This document shows positions 40,603 through 52,135 of a DNA stretch of 64,000 bases, piece by piece. The stretch is from a virus. A program made the position numbers and the translations under genes. The notes under the pieces were generated by a model. That model had not been told where the DNA came from and ran no database searches. It saw only the letters and a program-made list of their open reading frames with translations. Every line of letters begins with the position of its first letter. Positions within the stretch are counted from its first letter, which is position 1. The stretch lies in IMG/VR virus record IMGVR_UViG_3300030294_000015, positions 1-64,000 of that record; one strand, 5' to 3'.

Positions 40603-42624
40603 ATGTGTCTGAATATGGCTAAATTTGATGATATAGAATCAAGATTATATAATCTAAAACTTGGTAATCCTGTTCAAGAATCTATAGATATTGAGTATAT
40701 ATACTCGGGAATTAATAGAGATAATATCGTTAATATTATGTCTAAAATAACACCTAATCAAATAAATACAAGTAATTTATTAGAGAATTGTTGTACTAAA
40801 ATTTTAAAATATGATTTTACTAATAAAGAAAAGAAAATTGTATCTGAATCTTTATATAGAATACTACCTTATGTACCTAAGATTAAAAAGTATAAAGATT
40901 TAATAACAGAAGTATCTAATAGAATTGAAAATAATTTGATAGATAAAAATATTAAAACATTTATAGAATGCGATCGTATAATAAATAATCAAGAAAAATT
41001 AGAAGAATATTCTAATTTTAGTTCTATTTTTGAAAGTTATTATGCTCATAATGATATAGAAAGAGTTGTTATTGAATCTTGTGATATTATTAATTCTTAT
41101 AAAATGATTCCTGAATTAAAATTAAATGTAGCTCTAGAGAATACTATATATAATATGGATAAGACTAAACAGAAATATAATAAGAAAGAATTAGTAAATC
41201 TTATATATGAATATTTTTGTATAAATGCAAATCCAGAAATATGTAAAAATATTATTAAAGAATCTTCTATAGAATTAAGTGATATTGATATTAAATCAAT
41301 AATAGAAGGAAATACTGGTAATAATATAGATCAGAAATTTAAAGAATTAATAAGAAGTGGTAAAGCTAACAAGAGTACAACAGAATCATTAATAAAGAAA
41401 ATATATATAGAAAATGATAAAAATATTGTAGAAGATTTACCTACTTTATTAAGATGGTTAAGAATAGGTGCTATTCTTGGGATAGCTGCTTATAATCTAC
41501 CAGTAGGATTTATTTTATTATTAGCAGATCATATAATATCTATTAGAGTAAATAGATCACAGATTGAAAAAAGTATCAAAATATATAAAAAAGAAAAAGG
41601 AAAGATAGAAGATAAAAAATATTCTGTATCTAATCCTAATACTATCAAAAAATATAATGAATTAGATAAAGAATATGAAAAGTCTATAGAAAAATTAGAA
41701 ACTTATAGAGATTCATTATATAGTGATAAAGAAAATGATGATAGATTGATGAATGAGTATTGTGATGATATTATTAAAGCAAAGTCCTATATTCTTACTT
41801 TATCAAAAACCATTACAAATTATTGTAAAAATAATGACATAAAGAATCTTATAACAGAATATATATCAGATATATCTGATATAGAGGAAAGTACTATTCT
41901 ATTTGAATCTTTAGATAATTCAAAATTAATTGCAAAAAATATTATTAATATAAAAGATATATCTCAATATTTAGATAAACCTAAAATAGCAGGTTCTTTA
42001 ACTTCAGACATTAGTAAATTTAATAAAGGTACAGATGCTAATGCAAATGAACTAGAATTTGATGATTCTGTAGAAGAGATGGTTTATTTTAATGGTATTT
42101 ATAATGCTTTATCTGAGAATACATTTACAGCTAAAGCTAAATTATTAGCTATAAATGCTAAGAAGAAAGTAGAAGGGTTATCAGATAAAGAAAAAATGAT
42201 TTCAAAAGAAATAGATGATACTTTTAATAGAGTAAAAGATAAATTAGATGAGCAAACAACAAATAAAAATAGAGAGGCTGTCGTTAGAGGTACAATATTA
42301 CCTTCTATGTCATCATTAATTAAACTTGTTTTAGGTTCTTATGTAGTAGGAACTATTGTAACTCCATTATTAGGTGTAATAGGATTTGTAGGAATGATAG
42401 CTTTATCTAAAAGATCTACTGATGAAGAACGTAGATATATATTAGATGAAATTGATGTACAACTAGACGTAGTGGATAAGAAAATATCAATGGCAGAGAA
42501 TAAAAACGATATGAAATCTTATGAGCAATTATTAAGAATACAAAAGAAACTAAAACAAGAAAAACAAAGAATAATATATAAAAAAGGTGCTAGAAATATA
42601 TATCATAGTCCAACAAAAGATTGA
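40603..42624 (+). CDS. Probable internal head / ejection protein
   Basis: In the head cluster; many xxE-S sites; two hydrophobic segments followed by coiled coils. Confidence 0.5.
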   Translation: MCLNMAKFDDIESRLYNLKLGNPVQESIDIEYIYSGINRDNIVNIMSKITPNQINTSNLLENCCTKILKYDFTNKEKKIVSESLYRILPYVPKIKKYKDLITEVSNRIENNLIDKNIKTFIECDRIINNQEKLEEYSNFSSIFESYYAHNDIERVVIESCDIINSYKMIPELKLNVALENTIYNMDKTKQKYNKKELVNLIYEYFCINANPEICKNIIKESSIELSDIDIKSIIEGNTGNNIDQKFKELIRSGKANKSTTESLIKKIYIENDKNIVEDLPTLLRWLRIGAILGIAAYNLPVGFILLLADHIISIRVNRSQIEKSIKIYKKEKGKIEDKKYSVSNPNTIKKYNELDKEYEKSIEKLETYRDSLYSDKENDDRLMNEYCDDIIKAKSYILTLSKTITNYCKNNDIKNLITEYISDISDIEESTILFESLDNSKLIAKNIINIKDISQYLDKPKIAGSLTSDISKFNKGTDANANELEFDDSVEEMVYFNGIYNALSENTFTAKAKLLAINAKKKVEGLSDKEKMISKEIDDTFNRVKDKLDEQTTNKNREAVVRGTILPSMSSLIKLVLGSYVVGTIVTPLLGVIGFVGMIALSKRSTDEERRYILDEIDVQLDVVDKKISMAENKNDMKSYEQLLRIQKKLKQEKQRIIYKKGARNIYHSPTKD

Positions 42625-42643
42625 TATAAGGAGGTAATAATAT

Positions 42644-43642
42644 ATGGGTTTTTATAGAAGTCTACTACATGAAGTTAAACGTAGTAATCCTAATGGTAAA
42701 GAAGAAGATTTAGATGATGTAAATGAAAATGATGATACCAATTATGATCTAGGAACTGAAACTGATAAATCTAATGATGATGAACATGATATTCAAGATG
42801 GTGCTAATGATTATGATTTAGATAATGAAATGAATCAAGATGATGACACACCAGATACAACCGAAAATCAAGACACATCTAATAATCAAGATGATGATAT
42901 ACCAGAAAATGACACTGATCCAGAACATGATGTAAATGATAGTAGTACTAATTATGATTTAGGATCTGAAATGGATTCAGATGGTGGTTCTAATCCTGAA
43001 AATAATAATGATTCGGAAGATAACAATAATGATGATATGGAAATGAATGATAATAACGCTCCAACTGATATACCAGAAAATGATACTGATCCAGAACATG
43101 ATGTAAATGATGATACTAACGATTATGATTTAGGATCTGAAATGGATTCAGATGGTGGTTCTAATCCTGATGCTGGAAATGACACTAATAATGATAGTGA
43201 AAATTTTGGTGACAATAATGTAGATTCATCTGGAATGTCAGATACTTCCACTGATGATCAAAATACTGATCCAGATGCTAAAATAAAAGAAATAGAGAAT
43301 ATTATTGGAACATTGAACCCAGAACAATTAAAACTTCAAAATGTAAATTTGAAGAAGCAATATATTGAACTATATAATAATTGTGGTAATATAATACAAC
43401 GTTTAAATGATGTAAATAAAAATAGCGAGACTGAGGGTGAAATTACTTTTGCTATTCAAAGCATACAGGATTTAAAAAAGATTATATTTGATTATCTAAT
43501 TAATACATATGATACAAAGACATATGTACAAAATTCAGTTAATTACACAGAATATTTAGTCACTCTTAATTCAGTACATAATCTTTTAAAAGAGATTAAT
43601 GGTAAGAATGATAAACAAAATAAAAATAATGTTAATAAGTAA
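42644..43642 (+). CDS. Acidic low-complexity protein, probable scaffold/core protein
   Basis: D/N-rich with NYDL repeats and a helical C-terminus; directly upstream of the major capsid gene. Confidence 0.5.
   Translation: MGFYRSLLHEVKRSNPNGKEEDLDDVNENDDTNYDLGTETDKSNDDEHDIQDGANDYDLDNEMNQDDDTPDTTENQDTSNNQDDDIPENDTDPEHDVNDSSTNYDLGSEMDSDGGSNPENNNDSEDNNNDDMEMNDNNAPTDIPENDTDPEHDVNDDTNDYDLGSEMDSDGGSNPDAGNDTNNDSENFGDNNVDSSGMSDTSTDDQNTDPDAKIKEIENIIGTLNPEQLKLQNVNLKKQYIELYNNCGNIIQRLNDVNKNSETEGEITFAIQSIQDLKKIIFDYLINTYDTKTYVQNSVNYTEYLVTLNSVHNLLKEINGKNDKQNKNNVNK
42895..43170 (+). repeat. ~100-bp intragenic direct repeat, two copies
   Basis: DIPENDTDPEHDVND..YDLGSEMDSDGGSNP occurs twice with near-identical DNA. 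Confidence 0.85.
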
Positions 43643-43673
43643 TTTATTTTTTAATTTTATTACTGAATTGTTG

Positions 43674-43685
43674 AACTATAAAATA
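43674..43685 (+). promoter_or_regulatory. Late promoter variant AACT-N6-TA (major capsid)
   Basis: AACT ATAAAA TA. Confidence 0.6.
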
Positions 43686-43715
43686 ATATTATAATATTTA
43701 AAGGAGGTCATAATT

Positions 43716-45650
43716 ATGGCTACAGGAGGAACTAGAAAAAAGGATAACTACGCAGATGGGTACGAAAATAGCTCGTATGCTGGGTTATGTGAAGAATATA
43801 GTACATTAGCTAAAGATATAAGGGCACACGAAGGTTGTGATTTATTTGGACAACCAGCTTTAGCGTTAAATAATCCAAACGTTGTTGCATCATTAGAAAA
43901 TTTTTGGTTGAAGGACTCTTATGATCCAGTGTTATATGATGGAACTCATGGAAAAACATACAACCAAAGAGCTTTACAAGAACATATTTCAGATATGAAA
44001 GAATTATTTAAAAACGACGTAGAGGCTATCACAGAGTATACAGCAATGAACTCTGTAAATCCAATTGTTACTACTGGTCTTCCAATGCATAAATTAATTA
44101 TGCTTAAAAATATTTTTAAACAAGGTATTATTCAAACTAATGTTGCTGTTGAACCAAGATTTACAATTAAGATGCAACATAGATATTTGGTAAAGCCTGA
44201 TGGAACTGCTCTTGATTTAGTATTAGATCAAGATAAGATTACAGATGCATTTAATTCAATAAATCCAGTTAGAACCATTACATTAGATTTTACTGGAAAC
44301 ATTTGTAATACAGCTTCATTAGCATCTGGTTCAAGATTGGTTGAACAATGTGGTGGTATATTAGGTAGAGACAATTTAAATACAGATTTAGCTATTACAG
44401 CTATTTATGTTGAAATGCCTACAACAGTTGCTACCACTTTAGCAGAAACTGCAACTGTTAATGTATCTCAAGGTGCTGGTAGTACATATCCAGATAAAGG
44501 AAGTGATACTGCTGTAACTGATGGTTCTACTTCTGGTGAATGGGGGCAAGGTAGTTATAATGTAGGTGCTACTTCTGGTGGATATACTGGTGTTAAACCT
44601 GCTGCTCCAGCTCCTACTACAACAGAAACAACTATTGTTAAATTAAAAAAGAACATTATGTTTACACCTCAATATGGTCCAAACAATGTTCAAGGATTTA
44701 CTCAAATTGTAGATCTTTCTGCATACTTACCAGGAGTAAATGAAATGATTTCTGGTACATTAGTAAATAACGAAATTATGCTTACAAGTGGAACAGGATA
44801 TATTAAGAAAGTAGATATTAGGGTTCAATTAGATCCTTCTAATGCTATGCTTTCAACATGTAAAGCTAAATGGGGACATGATGAAACTTATGTTGTAATC
44901 CCAAATAGAAATCCAATGAATATTCCTATCTCTCCTGAAGAAGTAAAGGATATTCAAGCTATGTATGGTGTAAGTCAATTATCTATGTATATGAGTATTA
45001 TAAATGATGTACTTGGAAATGTTAAAGATGATACTATAAGAAGAGAATTATATGCTTCTTATGATAGTATGCCATCATCTGAAAGAAGATATAGTTGGTT
45101 TGACTTTGAACCAAGAGAAGGATATAACAGAGATCATGTAAGTTGGAGATATGCTTCATTTATGGATCTATTTGATACATTTGTAACTTCATTACTTTAT
45201 ATATTAAATGATGAAGATGTTACTGTATCTGTATTTGGTAGACCTGATATAATCAGAAAGATTACTCCTACTGATTATAGTTATCAAGCTCCTTCTTCAG
45301 TAGGACCTGTTGATCTTGAATTTACAAGAACTATAGCTACTTCTGATAACAGAGTATATAACTTTATTAGTTCTCAAAAATTAGGAAATAGTAATGATTT
45401 AACAGTTATACTAAATCCGAATAATAGTGAAAGAATAATCTATAGAGTGTATGATTATCAATTCTATATTTCTAATGAAATTAGAAATGCAGAGAACTAT
45501 ACATTACCTGGAATTCATGCGTTTGAAAGATTCAAATTTATGGAATACCAACCAGTACAAGGTAAATTTAGAATATTCAATCCATCAGGTAGAAATGATC
45601 AAAATAGTAAATACACTGATCAAATTAAAGATTTAGCTGGAATAGAATAA
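43716..45650 (+). CDS. Major capsid protein
   Basis: 644 aa, follows the protease and scaffold genes, strong RBS and late promoter; N-terminal propeptide ending near ITE; C-terminal FERF..YQPVQG resembles AR9/phiKZ-type capsids. Confidence 0.75.
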   Translation: MATGGTRKKDNYADGYENSSYAGLCEEYSTLAKDIRAHEGCDLFGQPALALNNPNVVASLENFWLKDSYDPVLYDGTHGKTYNQRALQEHISDMKELFKNDVEAITEYTAMNSVNPIVTTGLPMHKLIMLKNIFKQGIIQTNVAVEPRFTIKMQHRYLVKPDGTALDLVLDQDKITDAFNSINPVRTITLDFTGNICNTASLASGSRLVEQCGGILGRDNLNTDLAITAIYVEMPTTVATTLAETATVNVSQGAGSTYPDKGSDTAVTDGSTSGEWGQGSYNVGATSGGYTGVKPAAPAPTTTETTIVKLKKNIMFTPQYGPNNVQGFTQIVDLSAYLPGVNEMISGTLVNNEIMLTSGTGYIKKVDIRVQLDPSNAMLSTCKAKWGHDETYVVIPNRNPMNIPISPEEVKDIQAMYGVSQLSMYMSIINDVLGNVKDDTIRRELYASYDSMPSSERRYSWFDFEPREGYNRDHVSWRYASFMDLFDTFVTSLLYILNDEDVTVSVFGRPDIIRKITPTDYSYQAPSSVGPVDLEFTRTIATSDNRVYNFISSQKLGNSNDLTVILNPNNSERIIYRVYDYQFYISNEIRNAENYTLPGIHAFERFKFMEYQPVQGKFRIFNPSGRNDQNSKYTDQIKDLAGIE

Positions 45651-45689
45651 TATATTTCTACAGCAACTTAATTGTTGCTGTAGATTTTA

Positions 45690-46874
45690 ATGTTATATAA
45701 GGAGGATATATGTATGATAACAAAACAAAAATACTTTACTTATGATTTTAGTAAACTTGACACTCTTATGTCTAAACTAAAAGATGATCATTCTACACAT
45801 ATTTTAAATGATATTAAAGATGAATTAAACAGATTCTTTAATGATGCTAAATGTATTAATGTATTATTCAATATCAATACAGACAAATTGTTTTTTGGAA
45901 TGTGTGTTATGCCTGTATTAAGAGATGATGATATAGATAATATAATTAAAGGAACTGATATAAAGGTAAGAATAGCTAGTTATTATGTAGAGATAGATTC
46001 TAAATTACTAGAACTAAATCTTTCATCAAGAGAACTAACTGCTTGCTTATTACATGAAGTAGGTCATGTAATAAATGATACATCTGGTACAGAAAAAATT
46101 AAAAATGCAGTATCTGTATATTTGGCTCAGAAAGATAAAAATCTTAGAGAAAATATGGATAAAGATAGAGAGATATATAGAATGGGTATAGAGACAGGTA
46201 TATCTAAATTAAATAGTATTTTCGGAATAGATGATGAAGAAATTATTGCAGATTCATTTGTTGTAGCATGTGGCTATGGCGATGAATTAAGTAATGCATA
46301 TAAGAAGATATTAAGTTCTACTGGAAAATTAAACAAGGGAGTAAAGAATAAATTAATCACTTTACAATGGACTTTATCATTAATATTACATATGAAAGCA
46401 AGTAGACTACCTGCATTACATTCTTTAAAAATGTCTGAGAAAGTAGAACCATCTATTCTAATAAAAAATTCTATATCTCATACAGTAGCTGAAATTTCAA
46501 AATATGGTCTTCAAAGTAATAATGAAGGTGCATTAATAGATAAGATTAGTGGATTCTTTGATGATGTTTCATATAGAGATATACGTCAATTAGAAGATGA
46601 ATTGTATGAGTATAATATTAGAGTAAAGAATTGTGAACAAGAGGATGATGCATTAATTCTTACTAGAGAATTAAATAGTAGAATTTCTATATTAGATGAT
46701 TTAATGCTTAGTAAGAAATTAAATGATGGTAATTTTAAAAAATGCTCTGATTTGAAAAATAGATATATATATGTAAGGAAACAACTTACTGATAAGAAAT
46801 TATATTCAGGGAAATACCTTGGAATCTTTCAATGGGAGAATACTACTAAAGGACAACAAAATCCTTATTTATAA
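45690..46874 (+). CDS. Zincin-motif (HEXXH) protein, probably virion-associated
   Basis: ELTACLLHEVGH..EIIADSF..GYG. Confidence 0.65.
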   Translation: MLYKEDICMITKQKYFTYDFSKLDTLMSKLKDDHSTHILNDIKDELNRFFNDAKCINVLFNINTDKLFFGMCVMPVLRDDDIDNIIKGTDIKVRIASYYVEIDSKLLELNLSSRELTACLLHEVGHVINDTSGTEKIKNAVSVYLAQKDKNLRENMDKDREIYRMGIETGISKLNSIFGIDDEEIIADSFVVACGYGDELSNAYKKILSSTGKLNKGVKNKLITLQWTLSLILHMKASRLPALHSLKMSEKVEPSILIKNSISHTVAEISKYGLQSNNEGALIDKISGFFDDVSYRDIRQLEDELYEYNIRVKNCEQEDDALILTRELNSRISILDDLMLSKKLNDGNFKKCSDLKNRYIYVRKQLTDKKLYSGKYLGIFQWENTTKGQQNPYL

Positions 46875-46956
46875 ATTAATAGATAATGTATATTATAAAT
46901 ATGATAGATAACAGAATTTCTGTTATCTATATTTTAAAATTATGGAGGTATATAAT

Positions 46957-47870
46957 ATGAAAAACTTTATGACAAGAGGTGAAATTGTAGATCAGAATTA
47001 TTTAAGAGAGTTACAAGAAAAAATAGATTTTGAATCTACCTTGCCAGAAAAGAAAATATTTATGACGAGAAGCCAGATTCCAGAAAAAACACATCCATTA
47101 ATTGGATTTAACACAATTACAAATTTTGGTACATATATGGAGGTGATTAAGTATAATAATTGTTTTGATATGGATGTTATCATGATAAATTTATTAAGTA
47201 ATGGAGATATAAAATATACAACAAAAAATATAAGAACTTCATATATTAAAAAAGGAAATATAATGTCTCTATATGATAAATCATGTTATAATACTGGGTA
47301 TATCGGAGAAGGTCATTATTCTTTTAAAAGTAATGAAAATATGCATAAAAGTTGGGTTCATATAATGGAAAGAGGATATGACTCTAAATTAAAAGAAAAA
47401 TACAATACATATAAAAATGTAACTGTAGATCCTTATTTTCATAATTTACAAAATTTTGGAAAATGGTATGATGAAAATTATTATGAATTTGAGGGAGAAA
47501 CTATGTGTTTAGACAAAGATATATTAATTAAAGGTAATAAAATATACAGTCCTAATACATGTTGTTTTGTTCCACAATACATAAATGTATTGTTTACTAA
47601 ATGTGATAAAACACGTGGTGATTTACCATTGGGAGTTACACAAAAATATAAAAAATATTATTCACATATTAGTATAAAAAATGAGAATCAAAAAATAGGT
47701 GGTTTTGATATACCAGAAGAAGCTTTTTATGCTTATAAAGAAGCTAAAGAAACTGAAATTAAAAGAATAGCTGATTATTATCTTTATGAAAAGGAGGAAT
47801 CTATATACCACAATATAGAGATATAGTTTATCCTGCGATGCTTAGATATAAAGTAGAAATAACAGATTAG
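46957..47870 (+). CDS. Free-standing HNH-type endonuclease, third paralog, with a C-terminal frameshift near 47790
   Basis: FHNLQNFGKWY and LDKDIL..YSPNTCCFVP; the paralog C-terminus GGIYIPQYRDIVYPAMLRYKVEITD lies in another frame. Confidence 0.75.
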
Positions 47871-47936
47871 AAAATAATAGAAAATTAATTTTCTATAAAC
47901 TATAAAGTATATAATATAATTTGAGGAGGAATATAT

Positions 47937-48722
47937 ATGTCATTAAACGACGCTGGAAATTATAATAATAATAAAGATAGGGATTATAGAGTGACTGTCT
48001 ATAGTTCAAATACATTTAGTAATGTTGATAGTACAATAGAAAAATCAAAATTAACTTATACATTTTGGAAGGGTTTATTAAAAATATCTATAGCACCAAT
48101 GATTCCAAGTAATGATGATTCAGTAAATTTTGATTATAAAAAAGAAAGTTCTATTTATCTTTCACCAATGCTTGCTTCTATGGGTTATAAAAAATTTAAA
48201 GAATTTATGGAAAATCCAGATAAATTTGAATCTAGAAGTATTCCAACTAGAAGTGGTGCATTAATTAAATTATGTAAAGGAGAACAATATGGTATTAAAG
48301 GACATGTATTGGTTATTGAGAAAATAGGAGAAGATGGATCTATTATAGGAGGTCATTTATACGAATTTAATACAGATAAGTATTATGGTATAGATAATAT
48401 AAATGAAGATGATTTTAGTTTTGATAAATCATATTATAAAGATCTTGAGATAGATTTCTTATTACTAACATTAAAATCATTTTATGAATATTCTGTTGGA
48501 TCGTCTGCTTACTTTAATATGGATTATAATAGATTTGAACAATCTAGATTAACAGGTAAATTGAATAAAATAGGAATTGCTCTCAATATAGAAGATAAGT
48601 CTGGGTATAATAAAGGATATGGTGGAAGTAAAAATAGTCCTTTTGAATCTAATAAGAATAATAACTCTTCATCAAATAATGATGAATATTCTTATAATGA
48701 TATAGAAGAACAACTTGAATAA
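47937..48722 (+). CDS. Putative single-stranded DNA-binding protein
   Basis: Beta-rich core, G/N/S-rich linker and acidic C-terminal tail (DEYSYNDIEEQLE); architecture only. Confidence 0.4.
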   Translation: MSLNDAGNYNNNKDRDYRVTVYSSNTFSNVDSTIEKSKLTYTFWKGLLKISIAPMIPSNDDSVNFDYKKESSIYLSPMLASMGYKKFKEFMENPDKFESRSIPTRSGALIKLCKGEQYGIKGHVLVIEKIGEDGSIIGGHLYEFNTDKYYGIDNINEDDFSFDKSYYKDLEIDFLLLTLKSFYEYSVGSSAYFNMDYNRFEQSRLTGKLNKIGIALNIEDKSGYNKGYGGSKNSPFESNKNNNSSSNNDEYSYNDIEEQLE

Positions 48723-48770
48723 ATTAATTTAAAAGGGAATTTATACTTCCCTTTTATTTTTTCTTGTGAG

Positions 48771-49367
48771 GTGAAAATTTTGCAAAAAGTGTTATTTTCA
48801 TTTAGTCTAATATTTGATATTGAATATGGTTTATATAAACATATTATGAATGAATATGATGAGAATTACTTTAAATTTAAATTTAAAGATGATATTTATT
48901 TAAAGAATATAATTATGTTTAGAGACAAACCAAATCCTTTATCAAAGATATGTACAAAATTGACTAAAGATAATATAGATGATATATATGAAGATATAAT
49001 GAAAAATGAATATGATAAAGTATTAGAAAATGTTATAAGCACAGATTTGATAGATTACATATCAATTCTAAAAGGTACTAATAGATATGAACCTAATATA
49101 TTATGTAAAAATAAACAAGAAGAACAAATATGTAAACAGAATGATCTTATACCAATCTATAATATCGATAATGAATGGGAAATTTTTTCCAAAGAATTTT
49201 ATTCATTATATTTTAGATATTTTGATGAAATCGATATAACAGAGATAGATGGAATGAATATATACTTTTCAAATACATTATATAATATAATAAACAAAAA
49301 ACAGTTAATATCTATAAATAATATAATAAGATTTATAGATTTATATACAATTAAAAAACCAATTTAG
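48771..49367 (+). CDS. hypothetical protein
   Basis: 198-aa ORF upstream of the chaperonin. Confidence 0.6.
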   Translation: MKILQKVLFSFSLIFDIEYGLYKHIMNEYDENYFKFKFKDDIYLKNIIMFRDKPNPLSKICTKLTKDNIDDIYEDIMKNEYDKVLENVISTDLIDYISILKGTNRYEPNILCKNKQEEQICKQNDLIPIYNIDNEWEIFSKEFYSLYFRYFDEIDITEIDGMNIYFSNTLYNIINKKQLISINNIIRFIDLYTIKKPI

Positions 49368-49380
49368 GAGGAATAATAAA

Positions 49381-51282
49381 ATGAAAATTGTAAAGAATAA
49401 TGTTATTAATAAGGAAGCAACTAGATTATTTCAATCTGAAACTTTAAAAGGATTAGCTGAGTCTATCTTAACATCTGCTGGACCTATGGGTTCATTGTCC
49501 AAGATAATACTTCACATGGCTCAAGATCCAAATAGCCCAAATAGAAATAGACCTATAGTAAAGTATACAAAGGATGGACATAGTATACTAAGTTATATAA
49601 CTCATTGTGATAATGGTTTATTATGTAATTCAGTAGCAAATGATACATATGATGTAACCGCTTATGTAAAAAAGAAAACAGGTGATGGATCTACAGGAGC
49701 AGTTAATATGGCTTCTTTAATATTTGATAATCTTATAGAAATTGAAACAGAAACAAAACTACCTCCTAGAGAAATTATGAAACAATTTGGACAAGCTGTA
49801 GACTTAATTTCAGAAAAGATTAAATCTTATGCTATACCTTTTACATCTGATGAAGCTTATAATATAGCTTATATATCTTCAAATGGTGATGAAGAAATAG
49901 CTTTAAATATTAAACAAATTTATGAAGAATTTGGTAATGATGTATTTATTGATGTAGATATATCAACAGATGAAATTAGTAGAATGAAAATATTAGATGG
50001 TATGAGTATTAATACTGGATTTAATAGTCCTGCTTATATAAACAATCAACAAAAAGGAACTGCTAATATTCAAAAGCCTAGAATTTACTATTTTAGAAAT
50101 ACAATTGATACACCAGAACAAATTGAATTGTTAGCTTCTATTATAATGAATAATATTCTAACACCATATCATACAAGACAACTACAAAATGTAAAGCCTA
50201 CTGTTATTTTAGCACCACATTTAGCTAATGATACTTTGGTTGAATTAAATGAAGTAATTAAATTAATGAATATGTATAATAGTCCTGAATTAATTGCTAA
50301 TAAACCACCATTACTTGTAGTTACAAATATCAATGCAGATGAAGCTACAGATGATATTGCTCAATTATGTGGATGTCCTATAATAAGAAAGTATCAATCT
50401 ACAGAACAAAGAGATAAAGATAGATCAGAAGGAAAAGCTCCTACATCAACAACTATAACTGAAGAATGGTATGGAACTGCTGATGTAGTCGAATCTGATG
50501 CTGTATCAACTAAGTTTATAAATCCTAAATTAAAATTCTCTACAAAAGGAAAAGAAAGAAAAAGAATTTGTGAACAAAATAGAGAAAAATTTGTTTCAGA
50601 AGAAGATGATGATGAATCTGTGGATAGTTCAGAATTCAAAGCACTAGTATCTTCATTAGAAGCAATGTTAAAAAAAGAAAAGAATGAAAATGCTACAATA
50701 GATATAATTGGTAGATTAGAAAGAAGAATAAAGTCACTAAAATCTAAAGTTGTTATATACCAAGTTGGTGGTATAAGCGTAACTAAAAGAGATTCAGTAC
50801 AAGATTTAGTTTGGGATTCTGTTAAGAATTGTAGATCTGCTGTTAAATCTGGTGTTGGTTATGGATGTAATATGGAAGGATATTTTGCATGTAGAGAACT
50901 TCTAGAAAGACCAACAGAATTAGATTTATCAGAAACAAATGTGAAGTTTATAGAAATGGTATTTGATTCTTATAGATCATATATTACTAAATTATATATG
51001 TTCTCATTTGGTATCGAACAAGAAGATGCAGAACAATTATTAGATACTAATTCTAGAGATAGTATTATAGACATAGCTAAAGGATATAATGAAGGGGATG
51101 TTGAGTACAGTGATTCTATTAAATCATCTATAGATACTGATGTAGTTGTATTAGAAGCTATTTCTAAAATAGTATCATTAATGATGACATCTGCACAAAC
51201 TATAATTCCAGATCCAATGTTAGACTCATATACTTCAACTGCTGAAACAATACTTAAAAATAGATTAGTTCAAAATGTATAA
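49381..51282 (+). CDS. Phage GroEL-like chaperonin
   Basis: SAGPMG, YTKDG, TGDGSTG, ISSNGD, VGG and GVGYG. Confidence 0.88.
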   Translation: MKIVKNNVINKEATRLFQSETLKGLAESILTSAGPMGSLSKIILHMAQDPNSPNRNRPIVKYTKDGHSILSYITHCDNGLLCNSVANDTYDVTAYVKKKTGDGSTGAVNMASLIFDNLIEIETETKLPPREIMKQFGQAVDLISEKIKSYAIPFTSDEAYNIAYISSNGDEEIALNIKQIYEEFGNDVFIDVDISTDEISRMKILDGMSINTGFNSPAYINNQQKGTANIQKPRIYYFRNTIDTPEQIELLASIIMNNILTPYHTRQLQNVKPTVILAPHLANDTLVELNEVIKLMNMYNSPELIANKPPLLVVTNINADEATDDIAQLCGCPIIRKYQSTEQRDKDRSEGKAPTSTTITEEWYGTADVVESDAVSTKFINPKLKFSTKGKERKRICEQNREKFVSEEDDDESVDSSEFKALVSSLEAMLKKEKNENATIDIIGRLERRIKSLKSKVVIYQVGGISVTKRDSVQDLVWDSVKNCRSAVKSGVGYGCNMEGYFACRELLERPTELDLSETNVKFIEMVFDSYRSYITKLYMFSFGIEQEDAEQLLDTNSRDSIIDIAKGYNEGDVEYSDSIKSSIDTDVVVLEAISKIVSLMMTSAQTIIPDPMLDSYTSTAETILKNRLVQNV

Positions 51283-51346
51283 TAACAAATAAAATAATAC
51301 CGATGGATTTAATTTCCATCGGTAATTTTTATAAGGAGTTGATATA

Positions 51347-52135
51347 ATGGAAATGTCTTTTCCAGAATATATTGAAAATCCATCTGGTAATAAAAATGGT
51401 GTTTGGACACATAGAGCTATGTATAAAGATATGTATGGTCAAAAACTTACTAAGATAATAGTAAGAGAAACTGGTAAAGTAAACTACACTTTATATTATA
51501 CTAAAGATACATATACAATACATTTTAAAATACCATCTGAAGTTGTGCCTAAATTTTATTATGACACAGTAATTATGTTTTATATCAATGATCAATTTAT
51601 TTCTAATAATAATAATATTAGAAAGTATAATGTAAAATTCTATTCTAATGATCCAGCATTTGTATTTACATTTGCTTATTCCTTTTTAAAGAATGATATG
51701 TTTATAAAAGATTTAATTCCAAAAATGAGTAAAGAAGCAGTTAAGAAAGCTGCGGTAGAAACAAATCCTAAAAATGAAATTGGATATGTAAAATCTATTT
51801 ACTTTGCTTATCTATTAATGGATAAATATAATCTATGGAGTAAGTCTACATTTACTATGTATGGTGAAAAATATGATAAATCTAAATTATTATCAAAGAT
51901 AGAAAATGCTGATAAGAAAATAGATGATAGACAAAAACAAGCAGAAGATATTAGGAAACAAAATAAGATAGAAAAAGAGAAATCTAAAAATAAAAGGAAA
52001 TCAAATCCTAATGATGTGAAAATTACTAACAATGTAAATACTTCGAGTAAGATAATGTCTAGTATTAAAACTAAAACTGTGGGTACAATAAAGAATATAA
52101 GTAATAATAAAAACCCCAATTTTAAAAAGTTTTAG
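51347..52135 (+). CDS. hypothetical protein with a basic C-terminal tail
   Basis: AAGGAG RBS; sits between the chaperonin and the sigma-like gene. Confidence 0.65.
   Translation: MEMSFPEYIENPSGNKNGVWTHRAMYKDMYGQKLTKIIVRETGKVNYTLYYTKDTYTIHFKIPSEVVPKFYYDTVIMFYINDQFISNNNNIRKYNVKFYSNDPAFVFTFAYSFLKNDMFIKDLIPKMSKEAVKKAAVETNPKNEIGYVKSIYFAYLLMDKYNLWSKSTFTMYGEKYDKSKLLSKIENADKKIDDRQKQAEDIRKQNKIEKEKSKNKRKSNPNDVKITNNVNTSSKIMSSIKTKTVGTIKNISNNKNPNFKKF

Noticed and set aside
42644-43260. Possible CRISPR array or tandem-repeat element
   Set aside because: The repeats are in-frame coding duplications without a repeat-spacer period.
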